Virus record (IMG/VR): IMGVR_UViG_3300037560_000199
Source of the DNA: an uncultured virus (IMG/VR IMGVR_UViG_3300037560_000199)
Lineage: Duplodnaviria > Heunggongvirae > Uroviricota > Caudoviricetes
Strand: one strand, 5' to 3'
DNA: 64,000 nt
In this document: positions 34,886 through 44,809 of the stretch, piece by piece
Layout: each line of letters begins with the position of its first letter
How positions within the stretch are numbered: the stretch's first letter is position 1
The notes under the pieces: model-generated
Databases searched by the model: none
Told to the model about the DNA's origin: nothing
What the model saw: only the letters and a program-made list of their open reading frames with translations
Position numbers and translations under genes: made by a program

Positions 34886-35464
34886 ATGCCCGCTAAGCGA
34901 AAATCAGACGGCAGACTGAATTCCCATCAATCGGGAGCACGCGCAGATCGTCGCATGGAAGACAGGAATGTGACGCAAGACCGCACGCTATCAGACGATG
35001 AACGGGTGGCAGAGTTTCGCCAACAGTTTTTCCAATCAGCATTGCCTGATCTACCAAAGATTCCTGGCTACCACGTTTGTTGGCTTACCACTGAGAATCC
35101 CCGCGATCCGGTCCATTCGAGGATGCGACTGGGCTATGAACCGATCAAAGAGACGGACATACCCGGTTGGGAACATGCCTCGATCAAGACTGGAGAATGG
35201 GTTGGCTGCATCGGTGTGAATGAGATGCTCGCATTCAAGCTTCCGCTTGAGCTGTACGAACAGTACATGCGTATCAATCACCACGAGGCACCTCTCGCTG
35301 AGGAAGAGAAACTCAGCGCAAGGATTCGCCAGATGGAAGCGGAGATGAACCAAGCGTCGAAAGGCGCAGTAGAGTTGGAACTCGAAGACGGCACAGCTGC
35401 ATTGGGTGTGGCACCAGAGCCTCCACCGTTTGCAAGACAGACGGGAGAGGAGGACCTGGGTTAA
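34886..35464 (+). CDS. Conserved head-module protein
   Basis: P..PGYH..W...GYEP motif; position. Confidence 0.7.
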   Translation: MPAKRKSDGRLNSHQSGARADRRMEDRNVTQDRTLSDDERVAEFRQQFFQSALPDLPKIPGYHVCWLTTENPRDPVHSRMRLGYEPIKETDIPGWEHASIKTGEWVGCIGVNEMLAFKLPLELYEQYMRINHHEAPLAEEEKLSARIRQMEAEMNQASKGAVELELEDGTAALGVAPEPPPFARQTGEEDLG

Positions 35465-35491
35465 ACCTAACCTGATTCGGAGGAACTCAAG

Positions 35492-36043
35492 ATGAGTTCT
35501 ATTGCATCTCCGTTCGGGCTGAAGCCTGCGTTCCATCCGTCTGGCATCATTCGCCAGTCGCATACGACCATAGCGTCGGGCTTTGGCACGGACATCTTTC
35601 AGTTTTCTCCAGTTCGCGTTGCCGCTGATGGCACACTGGAGGACGCTGCTGCAGGTGAGTCACTCGTCGGCGCATTCATGGGTGTGGAATTCACCCGTAC
35701 CGATGGTCGTCGTGCAGTAGCAAACTTCTGGGAGGCAGGCACGGTCGCAACCGAGATCGTTGCCTACTACACGGAAGACCCCCTCATCATCTACGAGATC
35801 CAGGCGGATGCGCCCTTCTTGCAGACGGCTATAGGGGAGCAGTTCGACACGACTGCCCTTGCGGGCAACGCCACCACGGGTCTTTCTTCTGCTGCATTGA
35901 ACATCGCTTCGTCAGCGGCTAATGCGCAGTTGAGAGCCATTGGTGTAAACCCTGCTGCGGACAACATCATTGGTGATGCGTTCACCATCGTCCAAGTGCA
36001 GATCTCCGAACACCAGTACGTCGCTACTATCGTAGCGCTCTAA
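35492..36043 (+). CDS. Capsid decoration/auxiliary protein (putative)
   Basis: PFGLKP...GAFMG...DP...YEIQAD; immediately upstream of major capsid gene. Confidence 0.65.
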   Translation: MSSIASPFGLKPAFHPSGIIRQSHTTIASGFGTDIFQFSPVRVAADGTLEDAAAGESLVGAFMGVEFTRTDGRRAVANFWEAGTVATEIVAYYTEDPLIIYEIQADAPFLQTAIGEQFDTTALAGNATTGLSSAALNIASSAANAQLRAIGVNPAADNIIGDAFTIVQVQISEHQYVATIVAL

Positions 36044-36071
36044 CGCACGTACTCAGTAAAGGAGATCAGCA

Positions 36072-37001
36072 ATGGCTGTCCCAATGCGATCAACTGACTT
36101 CCGGTCGATTGTTGAACCGATTCTCAACGAGACGTTCGACGGAATTTATAACCAGCGTGCGGACGAGTGGAAGGGAGTTTTCACGGAGCGACAGGGTACG
36201 CCCCGGAGCTACCACGAAGAGCCCGTCCTGTTCGGTTTCAACGCTGCGCCCGAGATGCCGGATGGCACCCCGGTCACGTTCGATGCTGGCGGGGTGCTGT
36301 TCATTCAGCGCTACGTCTATCGCGTCTTCGGTCTCGCGTTTGCGATGACGAAGGTGCTGGTCGAAGACGGTGACCACATCCGCATCGGCACGATCTACTC
36401 CGAGCACCTTGCTCAGTCGATGATCGAGACGAAGGAAACGCTCTGCGCCAACATCTTCAACCGCGCCTTCAACGGTGCGTTTGTCGGTGGCGACGGTGTA
36501 GCGTTGAACGTCACGAACCATCCGATTGCGCCAGGAGGCTCAGCGGGTGGTGTGTTCTCGAACCTACTGACGACTGCTGCGGCTCTGTCGCAAACGTCGC
36601 TTGAGCAGTTGCTCATTCAGATCCGCAACGCTGTTGACAACAACGGCAAGCGCATCCGACTGTCGCCGCTCAAGATCGTCACGGGTCCGAGCCAAGTCTT
36701 CCAGGCTGAGGTGCTGTTGAAGTCGGTCCTGCGTGCAGGCACGGCGAACAACGACATCAACCCAATCCTCTCGATGGGTCTGCTCGACCAAGGTCAAGCG
36801 AACCTGTCCCGTATCACCTCCACGACTGCATGGTGGGTCCAGACGGACGCTCCTCGTGGTCTGCAGATGATGATGCGTCGGGGACTGGAGAAGAGCATGG
36901 AAGGCGACTTCGAGACGGACTCGATGCGCTACAAGTCCACCGAGCGATACATTCCAGACTGGACCGACCCTCGTACGGTCTTCGGTACGCCTGGACTGTA
37001 G
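36072..37001 (+). CDS. Major capsid protein (HK97 fold, inferred)
   Basis: 309 aa; SM..TKE...N..N.AF, GGDG..L....HP, NNDINP, DFET, D.R...G..G. Confidence 0.9.
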   Translation: MAVPMRSTDFRSIVEPILNETFDGIYNQRADEWKGVFTERQGTPRSYHEEPVLFGFNAAPEMPDGTPVTFDAGGVLFIQRYVYRVFGLAFAMTKVLVEDGDHIRIGTIYSEHLAQSMIETKETLCANIFNRAFNGAFVGGDGVALNVTNHPIAPGGSAGGVFSNLLTTAAALSQTSLEQLLIQIRNAVDNNGKRIRLSPLKIVTGPSQVFQAEVLLKSVLRAGTANNDINPILSMGLLDQGQANLSRITSTTAWWVQTDAPRGLQMMMRRGLEKSMEGDFETDSMRYKSTERYIPDWTDPRTVFGTPGL

Positions 37002-37074
37002 ACATTCACGGAAGGGTGGGGTGGGGACGTGAAACTCACCCCTAACTTCTCCAGACGCGAAATGGAGAAACCTA

Positions 37075-37800
37075 ATGGCTTTTATTGACAACATCCTCAC
37101 TCGCTTCGGCAATGGGGTTAACAACGAAGACGTCGGAAGCGTTTTCAATTCCTTGAGGTATCCGAGCCATCTCGGCTCACATGTCTTCGAGGAAGATTTC
37201 TACACCTTCGTAGCAGGGCAGTGGACCGAGACTGACATACAAGGTGTAAACACCGTCGCCATAGCAGATGGTAACGGTGGCATCATCACGCACACTCTTG
37301 CTGGTGCGGACGATGATGAAGTTCAGCTGCAGCGTGTTGCTGCCGGTATCACGGTGGAGAGTTGGCTCCTCGATCCTGACAGGCGTTTCTTCATCGAGAT
37401 CCTTGCCACGCTATCGGAAGTCATCCTCTCGGAGATGTTGATAGGTCTGGCGATTACCGACGCAACGCTGTTGCCAGCCCCTTCGGATGGTCTGTACTTC
37501 CACAAGGCGGAAGGCGCAGGTCTCGTGTCGCTGGACGCTATCAAGAACACCGTGGAGGTCTCTGGTGATGTTGGGACCATCGTGGATGCCACAGCGTTTA
37601 GGCTGCAAGCCTATTACGATGGCGAGGGCTCAGCTGGACGGCTGTATGGTGCGCTCGACGGTGTCATCGGCAGCTTCTCAGAACCTGATGCCAGTTTCCC
37701 AGACGATGAGGAACTAACGATTTCGTTCGCAGTTCGGGCTGGTGAGGCTGCTGCGAAGGTCCTGACTCTGGATCGCATCGTCGTCATTCAGGAGAGATAA
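37075..37800 (+). CDS. Virion structural protein
   Basis: Beta-rich ORF after capsid; GGAG RBS. Confidence 0.65.
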   Translation: MAFIDNILTRFGNGVNNEDVGSVFNSLRYPSHLGSHVFEEDFYTFVAGQWTETDIQGVNTVAIADGNGGIITHTLAGADDDEVQLQRVAAGITVESWLLDPDRRFFIEILATLSEVILSEMLIGLAITDATLLPAPSDGLYFHKAEGAGLVSLDAIKNTVEVSGDVGTIVDATAFRLQAYYDGEGSAGRLYGALDGVIGSFSEPDASFPDDEELTISFAVRAGEAAAKVLTLDRIVVIQER

Positions 37801-37803
37801 CCC

Positions 37804-38439
37804 ATGCGTCCTGTTATCCAAACACGACAGTTGGATGCGGCTGACCCCAATGGGATCTTCCTCGATCAGGGATCTACTACGGATGTGCCGCTCACTCTGA
37901 ACGGTGCCTTCGTAACAGCAGGTGTAGCTCAGCTCGATCAGCAACGGCAGGTGGAGTTGGAGTCGGCAGCGAACCTGTCGGCTATCAACTACACCGTTGT
38001 TGGCACGGACGAGCAAGGTCGGATCATCAGCGAGACTATCGTCGGTCCTAATGTTGGAGTGTCGGCAACGTCCCTGGACTTCCTCACCGTCACGAGCATC
38101 ACACCCGATGGAACGGATGCTGGTCTGATGGAAGGAGGCACGAACGCGCTAGGAGGTTCTATCCCAATAGTCGTTGACCAAGGTGTCACACCGACGAACA
38201 TCGGTTTGGGAGTCACCGGCTTTGCTGTTGCAGCGGACGTCACCGTGCAGCACACATTCGATGATCCCTGGCAAGACCCTTCGACCATCTTGACGTGGTT
38301 CGATCATCCCACGTTGGTAAATGTAGTCGCCAATGGAGATGGCAACCTCGCCTTCCCGCCTCGTGCGGTGCGTCTATTCACCAACTCTGGGATTGGCGAA
38401 GCTACGCTGACCCTGGTACAAGCGGGGATAGCGGCATGA
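37804..38439 (+). CDS. Virion structural protein
   Basis: GTD..G....ETI.GPN, VQHTFDDP, W..HP, P.RAVRL. Confidence 0.65.
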   Translation: MRPVIQTRQLDAADPNGIFLDQGSTTDVPLTLNGAFVTAGVAQLDQQRQVELESAANLSAINYTVVGTDEQGRIISETIVGPNVGVSATSLDFLTVTSITPDGTDAGLMEGGTNALGGSIPIVVDQGVTPTNIGLGVTGFAVAADVTVQHTFDDPWQDPSTILTWFDHPTLVNVVANGDGNLAFPPRAVRLFTNSGIGEATLTLVQAGIAA

Positions 38440-39002
38440 GCGAAAGCATTTCTGGTGGAGATATGGCTGGTGCTCGTGGATCAGGTATGGTCACGCTCCC
38501 TGCATATCTCCTTGAGGATTCGCCACGATTGGCGAAGAGACTCGAAGATCTTCGAGCAGCTGAGGAGCGAGCGAAGGAGGCAATTGCGCTCATCGGTGAT
38601 GCATCGCAGATTGAACAGCTGCGTGCGCAAGCAGCTGCGGAGAGAGATGAGCAAGATCGACTCACTGCAGAGACTCGTAAGGAGTGTGAGGAACTCCTTG
38701 CGTTTGCAAAACGTGAAGCCACTGACATAGTAGACCGCGCCCGCGAAACGGCTGAAGGTTTACTGTTGCGTGCTCAAGAGACAGAAGCACGCTCACAACA
38801 GACTACGGCTGATGCCAGCAAAGTCATTGCGCAAGCAGCAGAGACCCATGCAGACCTGCAAGGGAGAGAAGTGTCTTTGATGGCAGAGCGGGAGGCGTTG
38901 AACAAACTTCAGCTTGACCTCCATGAACGGGAACAACTACTTCTGGACGAGAAGTCTAAGCTCGCAACAGTGCGCGAGAGGATCGCTGAGATCCTGGGGT
39001 AG
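38436..39002 (+). CDS. Coiled-coil protein
   Basis: ATGA coupling; E/A/R-rich heptads. Confidence 0.65.
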   Translation: MSESISGGDMAGARGSGMVTLPAYLLEDSPRLAKRLEDLRAAEERAKEAIALIGDASQIEQLRAQAAAERDEQDRLTAETRKECEELLAFAKREATDIVDRARETAEGLLLRAQETEARSQQTTADASKVIAQAAETHADLQGREVSLMAEREALNKLQLDLHEREQLLLDEKSKLATVRERIAEILG

Positions 39003-39005
39003 CCC

Positions 39006-39830
39006 TTGACGGCACAATCGGGTTTGGGGTTTTCAGGGATCGTCGCGATACAGATCCCTGACGATGGTGCTACGGGAACGCAGCTCACCAAGCAATCCCC
39101 TGACGATTACGATTACGACTGGGAAGCCGATCCCGTCGCACCCTCGCCTCAGAGAGCTTGGTTTGAAGCGATGGGCACTCGCTCGCTCGCTTCATCTGAC
39201 TTCACCATTGGCTCCACCATTGCGGAAGGAGTTCAAGCGGTCTCGGCAGGTGCTGGTGCAACGGTCTTTAGTCCGTTAGGCATCCAAGATGATCACCCAG
39301 GCATCTGGGGTCTGCGCACCGGGGCGACTGCTGCTGGTCGAGTATTCGTTATTGGCAGAGTTGGCTCCTATAACATCGGAGTCGGTGGCCTCACACGAGT
39401 TGGAACCTGGGTGCGGACACCGGCAGCGCTTTCGGATGCTGTTCAAGAGTACGTGCTTCGCTCTGGCCTTTTCAGCATCAGCCTGCCCAACACCATCGAC
39501 TTCGGTGTGGGCTTTGAATATCAGTTCGACCAGAACGGTGGCAGATGGCAGGGCATCACGGATGCCGCAGCAGAGTCATCGCTTGACACCGGCATCACGG
39601 TGACTGTGGACACTTGGTACTACTTGGAGTTTGAGGTCAACGCTGCCGGGACCTCAGTGGAATACTTTATCGACACTGTTTCGGTCGGCACTTTAGCGGT
39701 CGCCGCTAACATTCCGTCTGGCACAGGTTTCAATAACTTCTACAACACGCACATCATGAAGTTGGCAGGAGTGGCTTTTCGTGATTTCTTCATCGATGCC
39801 TACTACGCATATCAGGAGATTTCTCGCTAG
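39006..39830 (+). CDS. Fibre/lectin-like structural protein
   Basis: GATGTQLTKQSPDDYDYDW fibre linker; beta-sandwich-like C-terminus. Confidence 0.6.
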   Translation: MTAQSGLGFSGIVAIQIPDDGATGTQLTKQSPDDYDYDWEADPVAPSPQRAWFEAMGTRSLASSDFTIGSTIAEGVQAVSAGAGATVFSPLGIQDDHPGIWGLRTGATAAGRVFVIGRVGSYNIGVGGLTRVGTWVRTPAALSDAVQEYVLRSGLFSISLPNTIDFGVGFEYQFDQNGGRWQGITDAAAESSLDTGITVTVDTWYYLEFEVNAAGTSVEYFIDTVSVGTLAVAANIPSGTGFNNFYNTHIMKLAGVAFRDFFIDAYYAYQEISR

Positions 39831-40240
39831 TGGGTATCCCAACAGATGAAAAACGGACATTGGAATGGAATCCGGCAGAGGAGTCCTCCAGTTCGGCTGA
39901 GGGTAGTGCTGACCAGCGGATAGGGATCACTGTTGAATGTCCGGTACTAGCCGACAACTTCACTCTGTTTTTTACTCCCGTAGAGATAACGATTCAGCAG
40001 ATAAATTTTGTCCTGGCAGGCACCACCGACGTAACGGTTTTTGTGAGGTTCGATGCTGATAGAAGTGTCGTTGGGACCAGCGTCATCAACGCGGGAACAG
40101 TCGTGACCAGCACAACGAGTGGTCAAGAAGTTACGTCATTCGACAATGCAGTCATTCCAGCTGGAAGCTGGGTGTGGGTAGAGTTCACCGCTGTCACTGA
40201 TAATCCCGATGAGGTCAACGTGTCTGTGGTGTACAACTAA
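39830..40240 (+). CDS. Structural protein
   Basis: Beta-rich; coupled. Confidence 0.55.
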   Translation: MGIPTDEKRTLEWNPAEESSSSAEGSADQRIGITVECPVLADNFTLFFTPVEITIQQINFVLAGTTDVTVFVRFDADRSVVGTSVINAGTVVTSTTSGQEVTSFDNAVIPAGSWVWVEFTAVTDNPDEVNVSVVYN

Positions 40241-40431
40241 TGCCCACTCGTGAGGAAGCCTTAATCTTTGTCAAGGACTCCAGGCAACCAGACCTCGTGC
40301 CTGCGGTCATCGCTGACGTCGCGGCTTTTCGGAGGTTGGGTTTGAAGTCAGACGATCAGTCGAGAGCGGAGACTTTGCGGGCTGCTGCCCAACTGCCAGC
40401 AGATAAGCCATTCCCGGTGAGGGAATCCTAA
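40240..40431 (+). CDS. Hypothetical protein
   Basis: TAATG coupling at both ends. Confidence 0.5.
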   Translation: MPTREEALIFVKDSRQPDLVPAVIADVAAFRRLGLKSDDQSRAETLRAAAQLPADKPFPVRES

Positions 40432-41621
40432 TGGCTGCAGTCACTCAATCCACTCAGGAAACGAACGACTACTGGGCGACGTGGACGCACGTCTTCCAAG
40501 GCAAAAACCTTACGTTCCTTCCACCTCCGTTCCAACTAGCTCGTCAGATTCAGGGTAACTTTTTCATTGGTCTGCAAGCGCAGACGGTGAATATGTTCGA
40601 CACGCAAATTCCTCCGGGGGCAACCGTAGACTCCGCTACGATGGATGTTATCGCGTTCGCCAATTCAGCGGTGGGCACTCACACGGCTACGATCAATGCA
40701 CCGGAACGATCTTTTGGTAGTCAGCTCTTAGACCCGTATCAGACACCGTTCATTCCGTTTACAGGTTGGCGCAGAGATTTCTGGTCGAATCAAGAGATCG
40801 CTGTCGTCTCCACCACGTTCACGTTCATTGCTCAACCAATCGGTTTCGCCGTAGGTAATGCAGATTGGGAGATGAATGCGTTCACTGTGCTGGGAGGTAC
40901 GGGTGCTAACCGAGAACGGATGGCACAGAAGATCACTGTATTGCCTTCGGGTAATAATGCGGTCGCTTTCATCTCATACCAGATGCAGCGATTCGGCAAT
41001 CCACCGGGCAACATTACTTGTAGCATTCAAGGCATCACAACTGATCGAGGAGTCACTATTCCAGACGGTATCAATGTCGATGTCAGTACACCTGTCGCAG
41101 CCAGTAGCCTGTCGAACACGGGACTCAGCGGAGTCATCTTCTTCTTCCCAAGCAACCCTGTGCTGGTAACTGGACAGGACTATTTTCTCGTCATCGACGT
41201 GGAGTATCCGACCAGCATCCCCAACCGTATCTCAATCGGGCACCTGAACCAGTTCCTTCAAGACGGTCAGCTCTACCACTTTGGCGAGGGACTGGGCAAT
41301 GACTGGCAGAACGCGCCGGGTAGCGTCGATGCGAATCAGTGGCACACTGTGGGATCGCCTCGCGTGGCGGCAGACATTGACTGGGACATGCCTCAGTTTT
41401 TTACGGGTGTCACCTTTTCCACTCCAGACATCACAGCGCTCGTGCAAGCACAGATCCAAGATCCTGGCTACACGGCTGACGCTGGCATCATCATCGGTGT
41501 CGATAGAGTTCAAACCGATCCGCTGCTTAACCGAATCTGGCGCAGCAATTTCTTTACGGGTCTTGTCGATGGTCCAGTGCTGAACGTCACTTTCCGCGAA
41601 AGAAGGGTAATGCTCACATGA
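40431..41621 (+). CDS. Structural/adhesin-like protein
   Basis: IPPGATVDSAT...TPDITALVQ...P.L.V pattern; beta-rich. Confidence 0.6.
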   Translation: MAAVTQSTQETNDYWATWTHVFQGKNLTFLPPPFQLARQIQGNFFIGLQAQTVNMFDTQIPPGATVDSATMDVIAFANSAVGTHTATINAPERSFGSQLLDPYQTPFIPFTGWRRDFWSNQEIAVVSTTFTFIAQPIGFAVGNADWEMNAFTVLGGTGANRERMAQKITVLPSGNNAVAFISYQMQRFGNPPGNITCSIQGITTDRGVTIPDGINVDVSTPVAASSLSNTGLSGVIFFFPSNPVLVTGQDYFLVIDVEYPTSIPNRISIGHLNQFLQDGQLYHFGEGLGNDWQNAPGSVDANQWHTVGSPRVAADIDWDMPQFFTGVTFSTPDITALVQAQIQDPGYTADAGIIIGVDRVQTDPLLNRIWRSNFFTGLVDGPVLNVTFRERRVMLT

Positions 41622-42160
41622 CAGCCTTTGGTGCAATCCTAAGCAGTCAAGCTCTATCAGAGCAGATCATCATCACGGCTGAGCAGTTCCGTGTTGGTGG
41701 TACTGCACCTTCGTCTGTCACGATTGGCACGACACCGACAGTTGACGCACTGCAATTCTCAACAACGGCTCAGCTCGTCTCGACGTTCTTCGTGCTGCCA
41801 TTCAACATGGACCGCACTGTAAATCCAGAATTGGTATTGGTGTGGAGTCTGGCTGCGACTGAGATCAACCTTGACGAGCTGAGCGTCACGCTCGACTACA
41901 CCGCGCCCATTGATCTTTCAACAGGCAGTGGTATTGCCAAGACATCGACACAGCTCACCAATAATCTCCCGGTGACGACAGCTAACGGCTTGGCAATAGG
42001 GGACATCTATTCGCAGACATTCGCGTTTGCTGTAGCCGATGCGACCAACCCACTGGCAAATGCGATTGGACTTGCAGTCGAGTTTCACCTGACAAACACC
42101 GTGGGTGTCGGACTCATAGATCTCATCGGTGCCTGCTTGGGCTACGAGAGACTTCATTAA
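41618..42160 (+). CDS. Structural protein
   Basis: ATGA coupling; beta-rich. Confidence 0.6.
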   Translation: MTAFGAILSSQALSEQIIITAEQFRVGGTAPSSVTIGTTPTVDALQFSTTAQLVSTFFVLPFNMDRTVNPELVLVWSLAATEINLDELSVTLDYTAPIDLSTGSGIAKTSTQLTNNLPVTTANGLAIGDIYSQTFAFAVADATNPLANAIGLAVEFHLTNTVGVGLIDLIGACLGYERLH

Positions 42161-42173
42161 CAGGAGAGGAGTG

Positions 42174-43388
42174 ATGGCAAAGATTGCAGGGTTGCAGTAC
42201 GTCAATGAATTTACGTTCCCTACGGAACAAGGATTCACTGGCTCTGCTGGTAAAGAGAACGTGCGCGGTTACTACCGTGGTGGTCGCGTCAAGAAAGATC
42301 CGGTTAAGGCAGCTGCGCAGAAACCTCGCGCAGCTGGGCCTGGAGCTTCACACGGTGGAGAGGTGAAAGCGGGTGCTCGTCGTAAGGCATCAGGTGCAGG
42401 CATGCCGAAGAACGTGAAGGCGCGTGGCGGCAAGATGGAGTACAACGAGGGCGGCACCGTGGGGGTAACGACTCCACGAAGGGGCAAGTCAATGCCTCAG
42501 CAAGGGAAGCAGGAGCACTACGCTGCGAAGAGCGCTGCGAAGAATCGTGGCGGCATGATGGATTATGCCGAAGGTGGCTCCGTGCACGACAAGCTCAAAG
42601 CCGAAGGCGCGAAGATGGGCTATGCCTACGGAGGCACAGTCAAGAACACCTCTGCGGAGTTCGTGCAGACGAGTGGCAAGCAAGCCACGATGGACAATGC
42701 CAACTATCCACCGGGGCATCCATCGAGTGCACGTGACAAGGAGTCAGGTCCACGGAAGAAACTTCGACCCAGGTTCAAGAAGGGTGGAGGTGTTCGTCAC
42801 GTGCGTGATGCTGGATATGCCGATGGTGGCGCGATCAAGGTTGACCTCAGCAAGATCAAAGGCGCGAAAACTCGTGAGAGTGGAGACGCAAAAGGAAGGC
42901 GCAAGGCATCGAAGAAAGGAATGCCCAAAGGTGTGAAGGCGCATGGTGGACTCGCAAAATACGCGGCAGGGGGGTATGCCGAAGGCGGGACAAAAAAGGG
43001 TGAAGAGGCAGGCAGTGGGATAGAGCTGACTATAAGGAACATCCAAGAACAGATATCCGATACGGAAGACCTCCTTCAAGAGGCAGCAGCAGCTTCTAAG
43101 ATAATGACGACTTCTGGAACAACTGCTGCAAGAGCCACACGGTCGAGGTCTCTAGATGACCCTGAGTTTCAGGTTACGACACCTTCAGCCGCTACTGAAG
43201 CAGCCAAGGCAGCATCGAAGCCAGAGCCCAGCATCAAACAGACTGGGGTAGGGAAATCGGGCGAGCCTGCTTTCGGTAGGGAGATGAAACCTGTGATGCA
43301 TGCGAAGCTCGCTGGTGGTGGTGTCGTTAGCGCTGCGAAAGGCGGCAAGAAAAAGGCAGCGCGACGTGCGCGAGGTGGACGGAGGTAA
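42174..43388 (+). CDS. Basic low-complexity protein with about 15 xxxGG motifs
   Basis: YNEGG, YAEGG, YAYGG, FKKGG, YADGG and others; GAGGAG RBS. Confidence 0.7.
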   Translation: MAKIAGLQYVNEFTFPTEQGFTGSAGKENVRGYYRGGRVKKDPVKAAAQKPRAAGPGASHGGEVKAGARRKASGAGMPKNVKARGGKMEYNEGGTVGVTTPRRGKSMPQQGKQEHYAAKSAAKNRGGMMDYAEGGSVHDKLKAEGAKMGYAYGGTVKNTSAEFVQTSGKQATMDNANYPPGHPSSARDKESGPRKKLRPRFKKGGGVRHVRDAGYADGGAIKVDLSKIKGAKTRESGDAKGRRKASKKGMPKGVKAHGGLAKYAAGGYAEGGTKKGEEAGSGIELTIRNIQEQISDTEDLLQEAAAASKIMTTSGTTAARATRSRSLDDPEFQVTTPSAATEAAKAASKPEPSIKQTGVGKSGEPAFGREMKPVMHAKLAGGGVVSAAKGGKKKAARRARGGRR

Positions 43389-43391
43389 ACG

Positions 43392-44453
43392 ATGGCGACA
43401 TCGGGAACAGTCGGTTCAACGATCTTCCTGAACCAGCAGATCATCGACCATGCGTTTAGACGCTGCAAGATGGTCCCGCAGGAGATCACGGTAGAGCACA
43501 TAGACACGGCACTCGATCTGCTGTGGCTGTTCTGCATGACGTTGGTCAACAAGGGCATCAAGCTTTGGAATGTCCAGCCGATCATCTTGCCCATATATGA
43601 GGCTGAGCAGACGGTGCCTCTGCCTCTGGGCACGGAGGACATCCTCGACATTAACCTGCGCACTCAGACTCGGATCACCGGGACTGCGAGTGCGTCAGAG
43701 GGTGATGCCGACAATGCGTTCGATGGTGACGTGACGACTGCGACCATACAGACGTTAACGCTGGGCACGATCACGATGGCACTCGATTCAGCGACGGCTA
43801 TCAGAACCTTTGGGATCTTGCCCAATGTGACTGAGAGCTGGGACTTCGTCATCGAGGCGACGAATGACAACTACGTGACCAGTACTGCGCTCATTACACG
43901 TACAGGTCAGGCTATGGTCGCGGGTGAATGGTTGTGGATCGATGTGCAGGGTGTCACTGCATTTGATAGCTATCGACTGCGTGCGACCGGCACCACGGTG
44001 CTCAACGTGTTGGAGCTGGTGTATCAGGACACCCCTCAGGAGATTCCGTTCTACCACACGCTCAACAGGACGGACTACTCGAACCTGCCTGACAAGACAA
44101 ACCTGGGGCGACCGACGCAGCTGTGGTACGACCGACAGCGCACGATCCCTGAGCTGGAGATCTGGCCGAGCCCTGAGTTCCAATTCACCTTCGCACAGAT
44201 CACGGGTTTCGTGCAGAGCCAGATGCAGGACGTGGGTGAGATGACTGATGAGCTGCAGGTGCCTGATCGTTGGTATCTCGCAATCGTTTGTAGCTTAGCT
44301 GCGCATCTCGCACGCGAGATCAAGGAAGTGCGTGTCGAGCTGATCCCAATCATCGATGCGGATGCAGCTCTTTACCTAGCGGATGCTTGGACAGGCGAAG
44401 GGGATGGTGCTGATACGTTCCTGCGTCCCAACATCTCACCGTACACGAGGTAG
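43392..44453 (+). CDS. Head-tail/tail structural protein
   Basis: MATSGT...A.RC...N.G..LW...Y.NLP.K...GRP.Q.W.DRQ...WP. Confidence 0.7.
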   Translation: MATSGTVGSTIFLNQQIIDHAFRRCKMVPQEITVEHIDTALDLLWLFCMTLVNKGIKLWNVQPIILPIYEAEQTVPLPLGTEDILDINLRTQTRITGTASASEGDADNAFDGDVTTATIQTLTLGTITMALDSATAIRTFGILPNVTESWDFVIEATNDNYVTSTALITRTGQAMVAGEWLWIDVQGVTAFDSYRLRATGTTVLNVLELVYQDTPQEIPFYHTLNRTDYSNLPDKTNLGRPTQLWYDRQRTIPELEIWPSPEFQFTFAQITGFVQSQMQDVGEMTDELQVPDRWYLAIVCSLAAHLAREIKEVRVELIPIIDADAALYLADAWTGEGDGADTFLRPNISPYTR

Positions 44454-44456
44454 ATC

Positions 44457-44807
44457 ATGGCACTGTTCATTGACCCTACAGGTAGATCGACATACGGCAT
44501 AGGAGTGTGTGCACGCTGCTGGCGCAAGATGAGTCTGGAAGATCTGTACTCCGATCCGAACTCGCCTGGGCTCAAAGTCTGTCTCGATGATCTCGATGAC
44601 TACGATCCGTATCGTTTGCCTGCACGGCGCACAGAGGATGTGACGCTGCCGTTCTATCGACCTGACGAGCCGCTGACTGCTGGTGGTGAAAACACAGTTG
44701 CTCTGTTTGGCATTCGCTCCACCGTTGGTGGTAACCCTCGCATAACAGCTGGTGGTGACCTGCGTCAGCTTGAGAGCAGTTCATTGGGACCAATTTCAGA
44801 GAGTTAA
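44457..44807 (+). CDS. Cys-containing conserved virion-module protein
   Basis: CARC...GLKVC...DP...RPD. Confidence 0.65.
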   Translation: MALFIDPTGRSTYGIGVCARCWRKMSLEDLYSDPNSPGLKVCLDDLDDYDPYRLPARRTEDVTLPFYRPDEPLTAGGENTVALFGIRSTVGGNPRITAGGDLRQLESSSLGPISES

Positions 44808-44809
44808 TA

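Noticed and set aside
37011..37052. Terminator after the capsid gene
   Set aside because: A hairpin (GGGGTGGG/CTCACCCC) is present but has no U-tract; may be a stabilising stem, so not called
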